From: Euprymna scolopes
Lineage: Eukaryota
Direction: 5' to 3' (one strand)
Length of the DNA: 64,000 bases
NCBI GenBank assembly: GCA_053919585.1
Contig: CM132808.1
A program made the position numbers and the translations under genes. Position 1 is the first letter of the stretch. Every line of letters begins with the position of its first letter. Under the pieces are notes generated by a model. It saw only the letters and a list, made by a program, of their open reading frames with translations, searched no databases and was not told where the DNA came from. This document shows, piece after piece, positions 1 through 12,914 of this stretch.

Positions 1-3000
1 AATGCTTTTAAACCCAATACTGAGAAAATGCTTTTAAACCCAATACTGAGAAAATGCTTTGAAACCCAATACCGAGAAAATGCTTTGAAACCCAATACTG
101 AGAAAATGCTTTGAAACCCAATACTGAGAAAATGCTTTGAAACCCAATACTGAGAAAATGCTTTGAAACCCAATACTGAGAAAATGCTTTTAAACCCAAT
201 ACTGAGAAAATGCTTTGAAACCCAATACCGAGAAAATGCTTTGAAACCCAATACTGAGAAAATGCTTTGAAACCCAATACTGAGAAAATGCTTTGAAACC
301 CAATACTGAGAAAATGCTTTTAAACCCAATACTGAGAAAATGCTTTTAAACCCAATACTGAGAAAATGCTTTGAAACCCAATACTGAGAAAATGCTTTGA
401 AACCCAATACTGAGAAAATGCTTTGAAACCCAATACTGAGAAAATGCTTTGAAACCCAATACCGAGAAAATGCTTTTAAACCCAATACTGAGAAAATGCT
501 TTGAAACCCAATACTGAGAAAATGCTTTTAAACCCAATACTGAGAAAATGCTTTGAAACCCAATACCGAGAAAATGCTTTTAAACCCAATACTGAGAAAA
601 TGCTTTGAAACCCAATACTGAGAAAATGCTTTGAAACCCAATACTGAGAAAATGCTTTGAAACCCAATACTGAGAAAATGCTTTGAAACCCAATACTGAG
701 AAAATGCTTTGAAACCCAATACTGAGAAAATGCTTTTAAACCCAATACTGAGAAAATGCTTTGAAACCCAATACTGAGAAAATGCTTTGAAACCCAATAC
801 CGAGAAAATGCTTTTAAACCCAATACTGAGAAAATGCTTTGAAACCCAATACTGAGAAAATGCTTTGAAACCCAATACTGAGAAAATGCTTTGAAACCCA
901 ATACTGAGAAAATGCTTTGAAACCCAATACTGAGAAAATGCTTTGAAACCCAATACTGAGAAAATGCTTTGAAACCCAATACCGAGAAAATGCTTTGAAA
1001 CCCAATACTGAGAAAATGCTTTGAAACCCAATACTGAGAAAATGCTTTTAAACCCAATACTGAGAAAATGCTTTGAAACCCAATACCGAGAAAATGCTTT
1101 GAAACCCAATACTGAGAAAATGCTTTGAAACCCAATACTGAGAAAATGCTTTGAAACCCAATACTGAGAAAATGCTTTGAAACCCAATACTGAGAAAATG
1201 CTTTGAAACCCAATACTGAGAAAATGCTTTTAAACCCAATACTGAGAAAATGCTTTTAAACCCAATACTGAGAAAATGCTTTGAAACCCAATACTGAGAA
1301 AATGCTTTTAAACCCAATACCGAGAAAATGCTTTGAAACCCAATACTGAGAAAATGCTTTGAAACCCAATACCGAGAAAATGCTTTGAAACCCAATACTG
1401 AGAAAATGCTTTGAAACCCAATACTGAGAAAATGCTTTTAAACCCAATACTGAGAAAATGCTTTGAAACCCAATACCGAGAAAATGCTTTGAAACCCAAT
1501 ACTGAGAAAATGCTTTTAAACCCAATACTGAGAAAATGCTTTGAAACCCAATACTGAGAAAATGCTTTGAAACCCAATACTGAGAAAATGCTTTTAAACC
1601 CAATACTGAGAAAATGCTTTTAAACCCAATACTGAGAAAATGCTTTGAAACCCAATACTGAGAAAATGCTTTTAAACCCAATACTGAGAAAATGCTTTGA
1701 AACCCAATACCGAGAAAATGCTTTGAAACCCAATACTGAGAAAATGCTTTGAAACCCAATACTGAGAAAATGCTTTGAAACCCAATACTGAGAAAATGCT
1801 TTGAAACCCAATACTGAGAAAATGCTTTTAAACCCAATACTGAGAAAATGCTTTGAAACCCAATACCGAGAAAATGCTTTGAAACCCAATACTGAGAAAA
1901 TGCTTTGAAACCCAATACTGAGAAAATGCTTTGAAACCCAATACTGAGAAAATGCTTTTAAACCCAATACTGAGAAAATGCTTTTAAACCCAATACTGAG
2001 AAAATGCTTTGAAACCCAATACTGAGAAAATGCTTTGAAACCCAATACTGAGAAAATGCTTTGAAACCCAATACTGAGAAAATGCTTTGAAACCCAATAC
2101 CGAGAAAATGCTTTTAAACCCAATACTGAGAAAATGCTTTGAAACCCAATACTGAGAAAATGCTTTTAAACCCAATACTGAGAAAATGCTTTGAAACCCA
2201 ATACCGAGAAAATGCTTTTAAACCCAATACTGAGAAAATGCTTTGAAACCCAATACTGAGAAAATGCTTTGAAACCCAATACTGAGAAAATGCTTTGAAA
2301 CCCAATACTGAGAAAATGCTTTGAAACCCAATACTGAGAAAATGCTTTGAAACCCAATACTGAGAAAATGCTTTTAAAACCCAATACTGAGAAAATGCTT
2401 TGAAACCCAATACTGAGAAAATGCTTTGAAACCCAATACCGAGAAAATGCTTTTAAACCCAATACTGAGAAAATGCTTTGAAACCCAATACTGAGAAAAT
2501 GCTTTGAAACCCAATACTGAGAAAATGCTTTGAAACCCAATACTGAGAAAATGCTTTGAAACCCAATACTGAGAAAATGCTTTGAAACCCAATACTGAGA
2601 AAATGCTTTGAAACCCAATACCGAGAAAATGCTTTGAAACCCAATACTGAGAAAATGCTTTTAAACCCAATACTGAGAAAATGCTTTTAAACCCAATACT
2701 GAGAAAATGCTTTGAAACCCAATACCGAGAAAATGCTTTGAAACCCAATACTGAGAAAATGCTTTGAAACCCAATACTGAGAAAATGCTTTGAAACCCAA
2801 TACTGAGAAAATGCTTTGAAACCCAATACTGAGAAAATGCTTTGAAACCCAATACTGAGAAAATGCTTTTAAACCCAATACTGAGAAAATGCTTTTAAAC
2901 CCAATACTGAGAAAATGCTTTGAAACCCAATACCGAGAAAATGCTTTTAAACCCAATACTGAGAAAATGCTTTGAAACCCAATACTGAGAAAATGCTTTG

Positions 3001-6000
3001 AAACCCAATACTGAGAAAATGCTTTGAAACCCAATACTAAGAAAATGCTTTTAAACCCAATACTGAGAAAATGCTTTTAAACCCAATACTGAGAAAATGC
3101 TTTGAAACCCAATACCGAGAAAATGCTTTTAAACCCAATACTGAGAAAATGCTTTGAAACCCAATACTGAGAAAATGCTTTGAAACCCAATACTGAGAAA
3201 ATGCTTTGAAACCCAATACTGAGAAAATGCTTTGAAACCCAATACTGAGAAAATGCTTTGAAACCCAATACTGAGAAAATGCTTTGAAACCCAATACCGA
3301 GAAAATGCTTTGAAACCCAATACTGAGAAAATGCTTTTAAACCCAATACTGAGAAAATGCTTTTAAACCCAATACTGAGAAAATGCTTTGAAACCCAATA
3401 CTGAGAAAATGCTTTGAAACCCAATACCGAGAAAATGCTTTGAAACCCAATACTGAGAAAATGCTTTGAAACCCAATACTGAGAAAATGCTTTGAAACCC
3501 AATACTGAGAAAATGCTTTGAAACCCAATACTGAGAAAATGCTTTGAAACCCAATACTGAGAAAATGCTTTGAAACCCAATACTGAGAAAATGCTTTGAA
3601 ACCCAATACTGAGAAAATGCTTTGAAACCCAATACTGAGAAAATGCTTTGAAACCCAATACCGAGAAAATGCTTTGAAACCCAATACTGAGAAAATGCTT
3701 TGAAACCCAATACTGAGAAAATGCTTTGAAACCCAATACTGAGAAAATGCTTTGAAACCCAATACCGAGAAAATGCTTTGAAACCCAATACTGAGAAAAT
3801 GCTTTGAAACCCAATACTGAGAAAATGCTTTGAAACCCAATACTGAGAAAATGCTTTGAAACCCAATACTGAGAAAATGCTTTGAAACCCAATACCGAGA
3901 AAATGCTTTGAAACCCAATACTGAGAAAATGCTTTGAAACCCAATACTGAGAAAATGCTTTGAAACCCAATACTGAGAAAATGCTTTGAAACCCAATACT
4001 GAGAAAATGCTTTGAAACCCAATACTGAGAAAATGCTTTGAAACCCAATACTGAGAAAATGCTTTGAAACCCAATACTGAGAAAATGCTTTGAAACCCAA
4101 TACTGAGAAAATGCTTTGAAACCCAATACCGAGAAAATGCTTTGAAACCCAATACTGAGAAAATGCTTTGAAACCCAATACTGAGAAAATGCTTTGAAAC
4201 CCAATACTGAGAAAATGCTTTGAAACCCAATACTGAGAAAATGCTTTGAAACCCAATACTGAGAAAATGCTTTGAAACCCAATACTGAGAAAATGCTTTG
4301 AAACCCAATACAGAGAAAATGCTTTGAAACCCAATACTGAGAAAATGCTTTGAAACCCAATACTGAGAAAATGCTTTGAAACCCAATACCGAGAAAATGC
4401 TTTGAAACCCAATACTGAGAAAATGCTTTGAAACCCAATACTGAGAAAATGCTTTGAAACCCAATACTGAGAAAATGCTTTGAAACCCAATACTGAGAAA
4501 ATGCTTTGAAACCCAATACCGAGAAAATGCTTTGAAACCCAATACTGAGAAAATGCTTTGAAACCCAATACTGAGAAAATGCTTTGAAACCCAATACTGA
4601 GAAAATGCTTTGAAACCCAATACTGAGAAAATGCTTTGAAACCCAATACCGAGAAAATGCTTTGAAACCCAATACTGAGAAAATGCTTTGAAACCCAATA
4701 CTGAGAAAATGCTTTGAAACCCAATACTGAGAAAATGCTTTGAAACCCAATACTGAGAAAATGCTTTGAAACCCAATACTGAGAAAATGCTTTGAAACCC
4801 AATACTGAGAAAATGCTTTGAAACCCAATACTGAGAAAATGCTTTGAAACCCAATACTGAGAAAATGCTTTGAAACCCAATACTGAGAAAATGCTTTGAA
4901 ACCCAATACTGAGAAAATGCTTTGAAACCCAATACTGAGAAAATGCTTTGAAACCCAATACTGAGAAAATGCTTTGAAACCCAATACTGAGAAAATGCTT
5001 TGAAACCCAATACTGAGAAAATGCTTTGAAACCCAATACTGAGAAAATGCTTTGAAACCCAATACTGAGAAAATGCTTTGAAACCCAATACTGAGAAAAT
5101 GCTTTGAAACCCAATACTGAGAAAATGCTTTGAAACCCAATACTGAGAAAATGCTTTGAAACCCAATACTGAGAAAATGCTTTGAAACCCAATACTGAGA
5201 AAATGCTTTGAAACCCAATACTGAGAAAATGCTTTGAAACCCAATACTGAGAAAATGCTTTGAAACCCAATACTGAGAAAATGCTTTGAAACCCAATACT
5301 GAGAAAATGCTTTGAAACCCAATACTGAGAAAATGCTTTGAAACCCAATACTGAGAAAATGCTTTGAAACCCAATACTGAGAAAATGCTTTGAAACCCAA
5401 TACTGAGAAAATGCTTTGAAACCCAATACTGAGAAAATGCTTTGAAACCCAATACTGAGAAAATGCTTTGAAACCCAATACTGAGAAAATGCTTTGAAAC
5501 CCAATACTGAGAAAATGCTTTGAAACCCAATACTGAGAAAATGCTTTGAAACCCAATACTGAGAAAATGCTTTGAAACCCAATACTGAGAAAATGCTTTG
5601 AAACCCAATACTGAGAAAATGCTTTGAAACCCAATACTGAGAAAATGCTTTGAAACCCAATACTGAGAAAATGCTTTGAAACCCAATACTGAGAAAATGC
5701 TTTGAAACCCAATACTGAGAAAATGCTTTGAAACCCAATACTGAGAAAATGCTTTGAAACCCAATACTGAGAAAATGCTTTGAAACCCAATACTGAGAAA
5801 ATGCTTTGAAACCCACTGAGAAAATGCTTTGAAACCCAATACTGAGAAAATGCTTTGAAACCCAATACTGAGAAAATGCTTTGAAACCCAATACTGAGAA
5901 AATGCTTTGAAACCAATACTGAGAAAATGCTTTGAAACCCAATACTGAGAAAATGCTTTGAAACCCAATACTGAGAAAATGCTTTGAAACCCAATACTGA

Positions 6001-6320
6001 GAAAATGCTTTGAAACCCAATACTGAGAAAATGCTTTGAAACCCAATACTGAGAAAATGCTTTGAAACCCAATACTGAGAAAATGCTTTGAAACCCAATA
6101 CTGAGAAAATGCTTTGAAACCCAATACTGAGAAAATGCTTTGAAACCCAATACTGAGAAAATGCTTTGAAACCCAATACTGAGAAAATGCTTTGAAACCC
6201 AATACTGAGAAAATGCTTTGAAACCCAATACTGAGAAAATGCTTTGAAACCCAATACTGAGAAAATGCTTTGAAACCCAATACTGAGAAAATGCTTTGAA
6301 ACCAATACTGAGAAAATGCT
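1..6320. repeat. 26-bp tandem array (~243 units, GAAACCCAATACTGAGAAAATGCTTT); candidate terminal/telomere-like satellite
   Basis: Directly visible period of 26. Two recurrent variants: G>T at unit position 1 and T>C at position 13. The array runs off the window start and ends sharply at ...GAAAATGCT|CCCAAGCTGG. Confidence 0.98.
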
Positions 6321-6490
6321 CCCAAGCTGGCTATAACATGTTCGTTCAAAGTTAACAAGTTCTTGATGAGCTGTTCCTTAAAATAAATTACCTCATTCTA
6401 TTTCCACCATAACCGATCATTATGTTGTCCCACCTAATACCCATTTATCTTTATTCTTTAGTGGCCTGTGGGCCTTGATAAACGATGATG
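6321..6490 (+). mobile_element. 5'-truncated CR1-type LINE 3' end fragment abutting the array
   Basis: CCAAGCTGGCTATAAC...AACAAGTTCTTGATGAGCTG...AGTGGCCTGTGGGCCTTGATAA matches the reverse complement of the CR1 3' ends at ~23850-23940, 33400-33740 and 39366-39540. Confidence 0.75.
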
Positions 6491-7784
6491 CTATAGTATA
6501 AAAACAAGGCGCCTTCGTTAAGATAATATTTGTATTGGTCTTCTTTCTAACCTTAAAATATCCCTTTACAAACTGAACTCCATGCTTGCACAGCAAATTT
6601 CAGATGTCGCACTGAGAATTTAGGTGTATTTAAATAATTAGATTGCAGCAAGTTACATTGACATTAAAATCTATCTGAACATATTTTGATCAATTTAAAA
6701 CCATTTAAGTTGGATAATTGGCAGTGGTGCACGTTCAATTTACTTATAATGTTGTCTATCACAGTCGTTTTACAGAAAACAAAAAACAGAAGAAAAGGCT
6801 AAAATCAACAAGAAATTGTAAGTAAAGATCGTCAAAATGACACAGCTGTTTCAATCCTCATGTATTAATAAAATAAATAAACCACGAGTTTTTAGATCAA
6901 AAGGGTCAAGACGTAGCGTCGCCATGTTCATTAAAATGATTAAGGATTTAACCAAAACATTTTAACGATAGCGTCAAATTGGCGAGTAGTTTCTCTTACT
7001 GATGCACTTCTACAAAATAACCTCATAGAAAATGAAGAAAAGACGACAGATATTGCTATCTCTTTAATTTATGCTTTCTTTTTTGCTACATAGATTTTTC
7101 TTGTTGTTTTATGTTCGTTTTGTATGTAAAGAAAGGTTAAGCGTGGTTTCCTTTATAATTCCTTCTCTCGCCATCTTTCTCGTTCTTCCCCACCGTCTCT
7201 ACACCCCCATCCCTCTCTCGTGTGTGTAACTTCCGTTTCCCTTCCACCTCGCCTTTTTTGTTTTCATTCTCTGTTAAGGAAATCCCTTATAAGGAACAAA
7301 GATTAGACTATTTTATTCAGGCATCAAGAATGCCTATGCCAAGTTTAAACTATGAAAATCCCTTTGATCTGCATCTTCACGAGGTTAAAATATTTACTAT
7401 ATTATTTTTTAAGTTAATGGTATGTATAGCTCCCATTTAAGGAACAGTCTATCACCTAATTTAGGAGAAAAGATATTACACATTATCATAGCTTTATGGC
7501 TAAATAGAATGAACAGTCAATTACTCTCTAATAACACTGACAAAGGTATAAACTCGACCCTCAGAATATATGAATAAAATAGAATCTTGTAGTCAACGAA
7601 TTTAAAATAAATGCATTCCTCCAAAAGGTATTCATTTGATTTTTCGAATAAAAAATAAATAATGATATGCCGTGAAACAAATACTAACATTAAATGGTTT
7701 TGTGGGTTTTCTTAAAGTGTAGAGTTTTTTTGCCTAGCAAGAAAATAATTTTAGCACCTAGATTAATCCATTATTCATTAAACT

Positions 7785-9878
7785 TACCGGTTTCTAACCT
7801 CGCCCAATAGGGTTAAACCGAGGTTAAGAAATTGCAATTAAAATATAATATGAAAATAAAAATATAACGGGAAACAAAAAAGGGGAAAGCGAAAAAACAG
7901 GAAAATAATAAAACAAACACATGAAGTCCGAACTAATATCTTTTTGCTTGCAATGAGAACGTTTCAATGATTTAATTTTATTTCTAGAATTTTCAAATGA
8001 AAACCAATTATTGCGACTTGTTAAGAATGGAGAACACTAATCTTGGAGACACAAACACAGTTGTTCACGAATGGCCGAATCGTGGATGTTATTCAAAACC
8101 TCTGATGGTGAATAATTTGTATACTGAATCTTTGATGGAATGTGTTGTTTGATCCGAAGGTCTTATCTTTGCGACGTACACTCGACATAATGCGCACCGC
8201 ATCTACATTTAAATAAACAGTACAGTTAATATAGTTGGAGGAATTACATTTTTTCGAATTGAAGACGCAATGGGTCCAATGAAACAGGAAAAAAATCGAT
8301 GCAAAATATCATTGTTGTAAGGCCAGTGATGTTTGTTGGACAAATTTGTTTCCTAGCCAAGGTAGGAGGAGATAAATATGACATCTGTTTAGTGAAGCTT
8401 CTTTTCGTTTATACAAATTAGAAACTTATTTACTTGTAGATTCCGCAATGTCTAGAGGATAATAAATTTGTAACAAATTTAATTTAGTCATTCAGATAGA
8501 TCTTTAAACAAATCATTAGAGTCCTATGCGTAAGAGTCTTAATTAAGTTGAATTTTGTTTTGTTGGACGAAACGAGTTCCACTGTGTATAACAACCAGTA
8601 AAAGTATTTTTACGGTAGACGAAATTGAGAAAAAACGAAGAAGTCTTGGAAACTAGAACATCCATAACTAAAAGAATAGAAATAACTTCTTTGTCTACCG
8701 AAAAGTTAAAGGCTGAATTAAATTTTATTAAGGGTCGCAAGAATGTCTCTGCTTTCGTTTCGGTGTCAAACAAAACGTGTCGGTGTCAAACCAAACGTAA
8801 TGAAAGTAAAGTTTTTTGAAAACCGAATAGCAGACCATCTTTATTGGAAGCATACAAAAATATTCGCCAAAGCCGATTAAGGGAGACAACTACTAGACAC
8901 ACAACCTATTTACATATACTATACATCATTAAAGCTTAATTCAACCGACATATTGGCAATTTCTATTAATTCCACGAAAATATTTTCAGAATAGGGGAGT
9001 CGGAAGTTGATTACGATATAAGGCGTCTGCACATATATTAATTGTCTCCAAAGGTGAGGCACAGGAGAAACGACTAAAAATATTAAAAGAACATTTGTTA
9101 GAGTGAGTATAGTTTTGCATAAAATCAGAAAATATAAATAAGTCTTTAATATAACGTTCCAAAACGGGTTCTAAAATAGTTGTAAACCATTTGACTAACT
9201 TATATTGAAAAGACCCGACCACCGATAATATGAGGTTTAATGGTATCCCGTCTTTATGAGTTACAATCCGAGAAGACGGTAAACCATAGGTAAAACATTT
9301 TGAAGGATGGGGATGAACAAAACAATTAGGTGTAATTAAATTTTGAATGGTGGCAGAACGGACTCCGATATGTACAGCCACACGTTTTTGAAACTTGGTC
9401 ATGATAGATATGTTAGAATTGCATGTACCGAGCGGACATAACTGGATAAATTTAGCGGTGGCCTCTATGATAGTCACCATTTTATTGACGTTATCTTCGT
9501 GGCCACATATGACGATCACTGAACCTTCGTCAGGTATGTAAAGACTATTATGGCGAAGTGCTATGATTGTGCAAAAGTGTTCACTGCGCTATTTTTATTC
9601 ACAAACACGACTGACGTACTATCATATTATCGTGCGACGTCGTTTAATTTATACTTAAAGTCACTCACGTTAAAGTGCGAAATGAGTAAAAGTCTTACTT
9701 ACTGACCTAAAGAGAACTCGAATTTAATGTGAACTTAATGTGATTTCTATTTGATAATTATTAATTTTTCTTTTTTTGTCCAAACCATATTTTCTATTTT
9801 TCTATTATTTTTTTTTAAAGTAATATTTTAATCTCGATCTAACCCTCTTTAGCGAGGTTCGAAACCGATTTGCTAGTC
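7785..9878 (-). mobile_element. Degenerate Penelope-like retroelement (RT + GIY-YIG) with inverted terminal repeats
   Basis: ORF remnants YGLP..HKDGIPL..ILSVVGS..Y.L.KW..ETINICADALY (8986-9519) and DVLV...VYRKNTFTG (8543-8773). GIY-YIG-like FKCRCGAHYV..TSQR..RIKQHIP near 8140-8220. Segments ~7785-7840 and ~9822-9878 are inverted copies of each other. Confidence 0.85.
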
Positions 9879-10247
9879 TTTTTATTTACAAACATTTTAC
9901 TTCATTATGTTTAATAAATTAAGTCAAGACGAATATTTGTACATGTACATGATGCTTTTTTTTTTAGAAGCGGCGAATTTTATTTTAAAATAAATAACAG
10001 AAAAACACTTTTATTATACAAAATATTTTTTATTACACAAATATCTGGTTTATTTTAATGATCAATTTTTGGACATTTACAAACGATGGTTACCAATTTG
10101 CAATTAAAGAAAATAGAGTTGTCTATTTTATGTTCAGCCGAACATAAAATAGACAACTCTATGAGATTACACGCATTTTTTAAAAAATACGTCATTATTT
10201 TATTAAGATTTATTATTTAAGTATAATTTTGATATATAACCTATCTT

Positions 10248-10250
<3 letters not shown>

Positions 10251-10297
<47 letters not shown>
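10251..10297. repeat. (GA)n microsatellite
   Basis: Pure GA run. Confidence 0.95.
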
Positions 10298-10304
<7 letters not shown>

Positions 10305-10884
10305 GTGAACGGCCATTTTCGCGTGTTGCATTGTATTATGTTTGTTACTTTAATCTTCTTAATAAAAATAATGACGGTGTTGCTTTTTGTTATATAAACT
10401 TTACCTTTTGCTATGTTAATGTAATATCTACTTTTGTTTAGGTATATGAAACAACTTTGCTAAACTACAAACATAAATGCTCAAGTTTACAAAAGTCATT
10501 ATATGGCACGTTATTAACCATGCTACCTTAATAATTCATGATCAGTTAAGTAGTTTACGATTTTATCAAGCACACACGTATTATTTATGCTAATGCTTCA
10601 GCCCGAATACTTTTAAGAATGAATTATTTCACATAAATGAGGTTGTGATGTAGAGCAATTATTGTTCTATAAAACCTAATATTGTGTACAATTAATTTAA
10701 AAAGAAATTATTTGGCGGAGGGTGAACGTTTGGGTGTGTACATATCCTAAATAGTAATGTTTACAAAATAAATAATGCAACGATGTTACTCACTGAGTCG
10801 TTGGAAAATATATTTCAAAATCAATAAGGATCTCTCCATTAGTTTAGGAGTTTATCCTGTACATAAATACACGCGCGCACGCGC

Positions 10885-11120
10885 ACACATGTTGTCTCCG
10901 TTCAGTCTTAAGAGACAATGGATATCCTCTGTAATAGAAGTTGTGCGTGAAATTATGAGACAAGTATTATGCAATTTCTAACCACACCTTCCCTAATAAC
11001 AAGAACTGCTAGACGACTAGGGGCAATGCCGAGATAAGCACATACAGCACCCATAATTCCCAAATAGTCATCTATTTTAGTACTGATCAGGCTCAAATAA
11101 GAGTTGAGGATGTTATGCCG
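10885..11120 (-). mobile_element. Degenerate 5S-rRNA-derived SINE (SINE3-like), same family as 35762-36035
   Basis: The reverse complement has a decayed 5S head (..GGGTGCTGTATG), plus body GGTGTGGTT..TGC..CTTG.CTCA and tail GACTGAACGGAG shared with the 35762 copy. Confidence 0.7.
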
Positions 11121-12914
11121 TTAGTTACAGGACAATACTGTTATAAAACTGTGATGGCTGCAGAGTTTTGTTCTCAAGCATGTTGCAAAGCTCTCTGGCG
11201 TATAAACATATGTCAAGTAAAGTAACTTTAGTCAAATCTACTTATATAACACAAGAGTATTTGTATCAGGCTTCGCATTCCAAGACTATATAGGAAAGAT
11301 ATAAATACAAAAGCAGCAAATGTGTTGAAACGAAGGAAAGTAAGATAGTACGATAAAACGCCAGTCAAAAACACGAAAGGAAATAAAGAATAAAAGATGT
11401 AATGAAGGAGAGATTGAATATAATGCATGAGAACAAAGTCGAGTAGAAAAAAGAAAAAGAAAAGAAATACAACGCGTAGAAATGAACGAAAGAATTTATA
11501 AAAATAGAGGAGTGAAATAAAGGGTTACTAAAAGCAAAGCGTAATAAATATATACTCCCCCCCTAAATCTAGACTAAAATAGTAGAGATAATTAAAGAAA
11601 GAATGAAATGCGAAAAAGAAATAAAAGACTGTAAAAAAAGAATGCATTAAAGAGAAAAAAACAAAGCAGGAAAAGAAAATTTGAAGAAGAAAGATGTTGA
11701 AGAAAAAAGATTCAAAAGGAAGATTAAATAAAGGAAGTAAAGAATGGAGACATTAGAAGCTATAAAGAAAGTCGACAAGAAAAAAAATTAAAAGAAAGGC
11801 AGAAGAAAAACCCCTCTTTAAACAACAACAACAACAACAAAAAAAATCAATCAACATAGGAATTTTTTCGGATACGATTATTTTTTAAACTTATGTGTGA
11901 CAGATGAACAGACGGATCACCAATTCATCATCAAACAGACACACAGAAAGTTTTAGGAATATATGGACGCGTCTAAAAATATAACGCGTTTATCAATGTA
12001 AACGATATTTTAAACTAAAATGTGACCGTCGGACACGCGAATATAGTACAACTCTGCCATTTAAAACTTAAGTATGGCAGACCAATGAACAAACAAACAA
12101 ATAAACGGACAAACAACACTTTTATTTATTTCAATATATTCAAGTGAGTCGACGGACAAACGATAGAAGTGTATATATATATGCGCCTAGAAAATGAGGA
12201 AATGGAAGCGCAATTAATACAGCGTGGAAAAATGGGGATGGCACCCGCGGAAAGAAACACCGAAAGCAAAGGAGAAAGAAAAAGAGAGAAACGTGATAAG
12301 GAGGATGTAAAACTGAATAAAACAATCTGCAAAGTGTTCGTCTGATGTAAATTAATCCAAATTGTTTATAGTGAAGACGAAAAGCTGCCATCAGTCATGA
12401 TTTGACATTTATAAACAACATTGACAATCTCACGCATTCAAGATGCATCTAATAGGAAAGACATGGGTTACATATGTTTTCAAGATGTACCTATGTATTC
12501 CTATCAAACGTCTCGAAAAATGTGCACGTTACTTCTATAATTATATAACTATGTGGACCGTCCTAGCGCCCTTGCTTGTTTACTTACATCTTGTGCGCAC
12601 ACACACATACACACACACATATATATATATGTGTATATGTACATGTACATATACATATATATGCATACGTAAACATGTACATATATATACATATACATAT
12701 ATATGCATATACTCTCAAACACACACATATATATGCATATATATATATTAATGAAAACAAAGGAATGTATTATTTACCTGATATAGCAATGGTAAACTTC
12801 AAACTAATATAAATAATTGTATTTATATATAGAAGATTTAATCCCAACCGAATTAAAACAGCTCAACACATAAAGAGTAGAACTTATTATAAAAGAAAGA
12901 AAATTAAAACTGTA

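Noticed and set aside
1-6320. CRISPR array
   Set aside because: Units are contiguous with no unique spacers, there are no cas genes, and the context is eukaryotic.
8-6358. Long minus-strand ORFs (up to 1093 aa) of GFKAFSQYWVSKHFLSIGFQSIFSVL repeats
   Set aside because: The consensus 26-mer has no stop on the - strand, so all three frames are open and cycle through the same peptide; ORF ends simply mark variant B (TAA).
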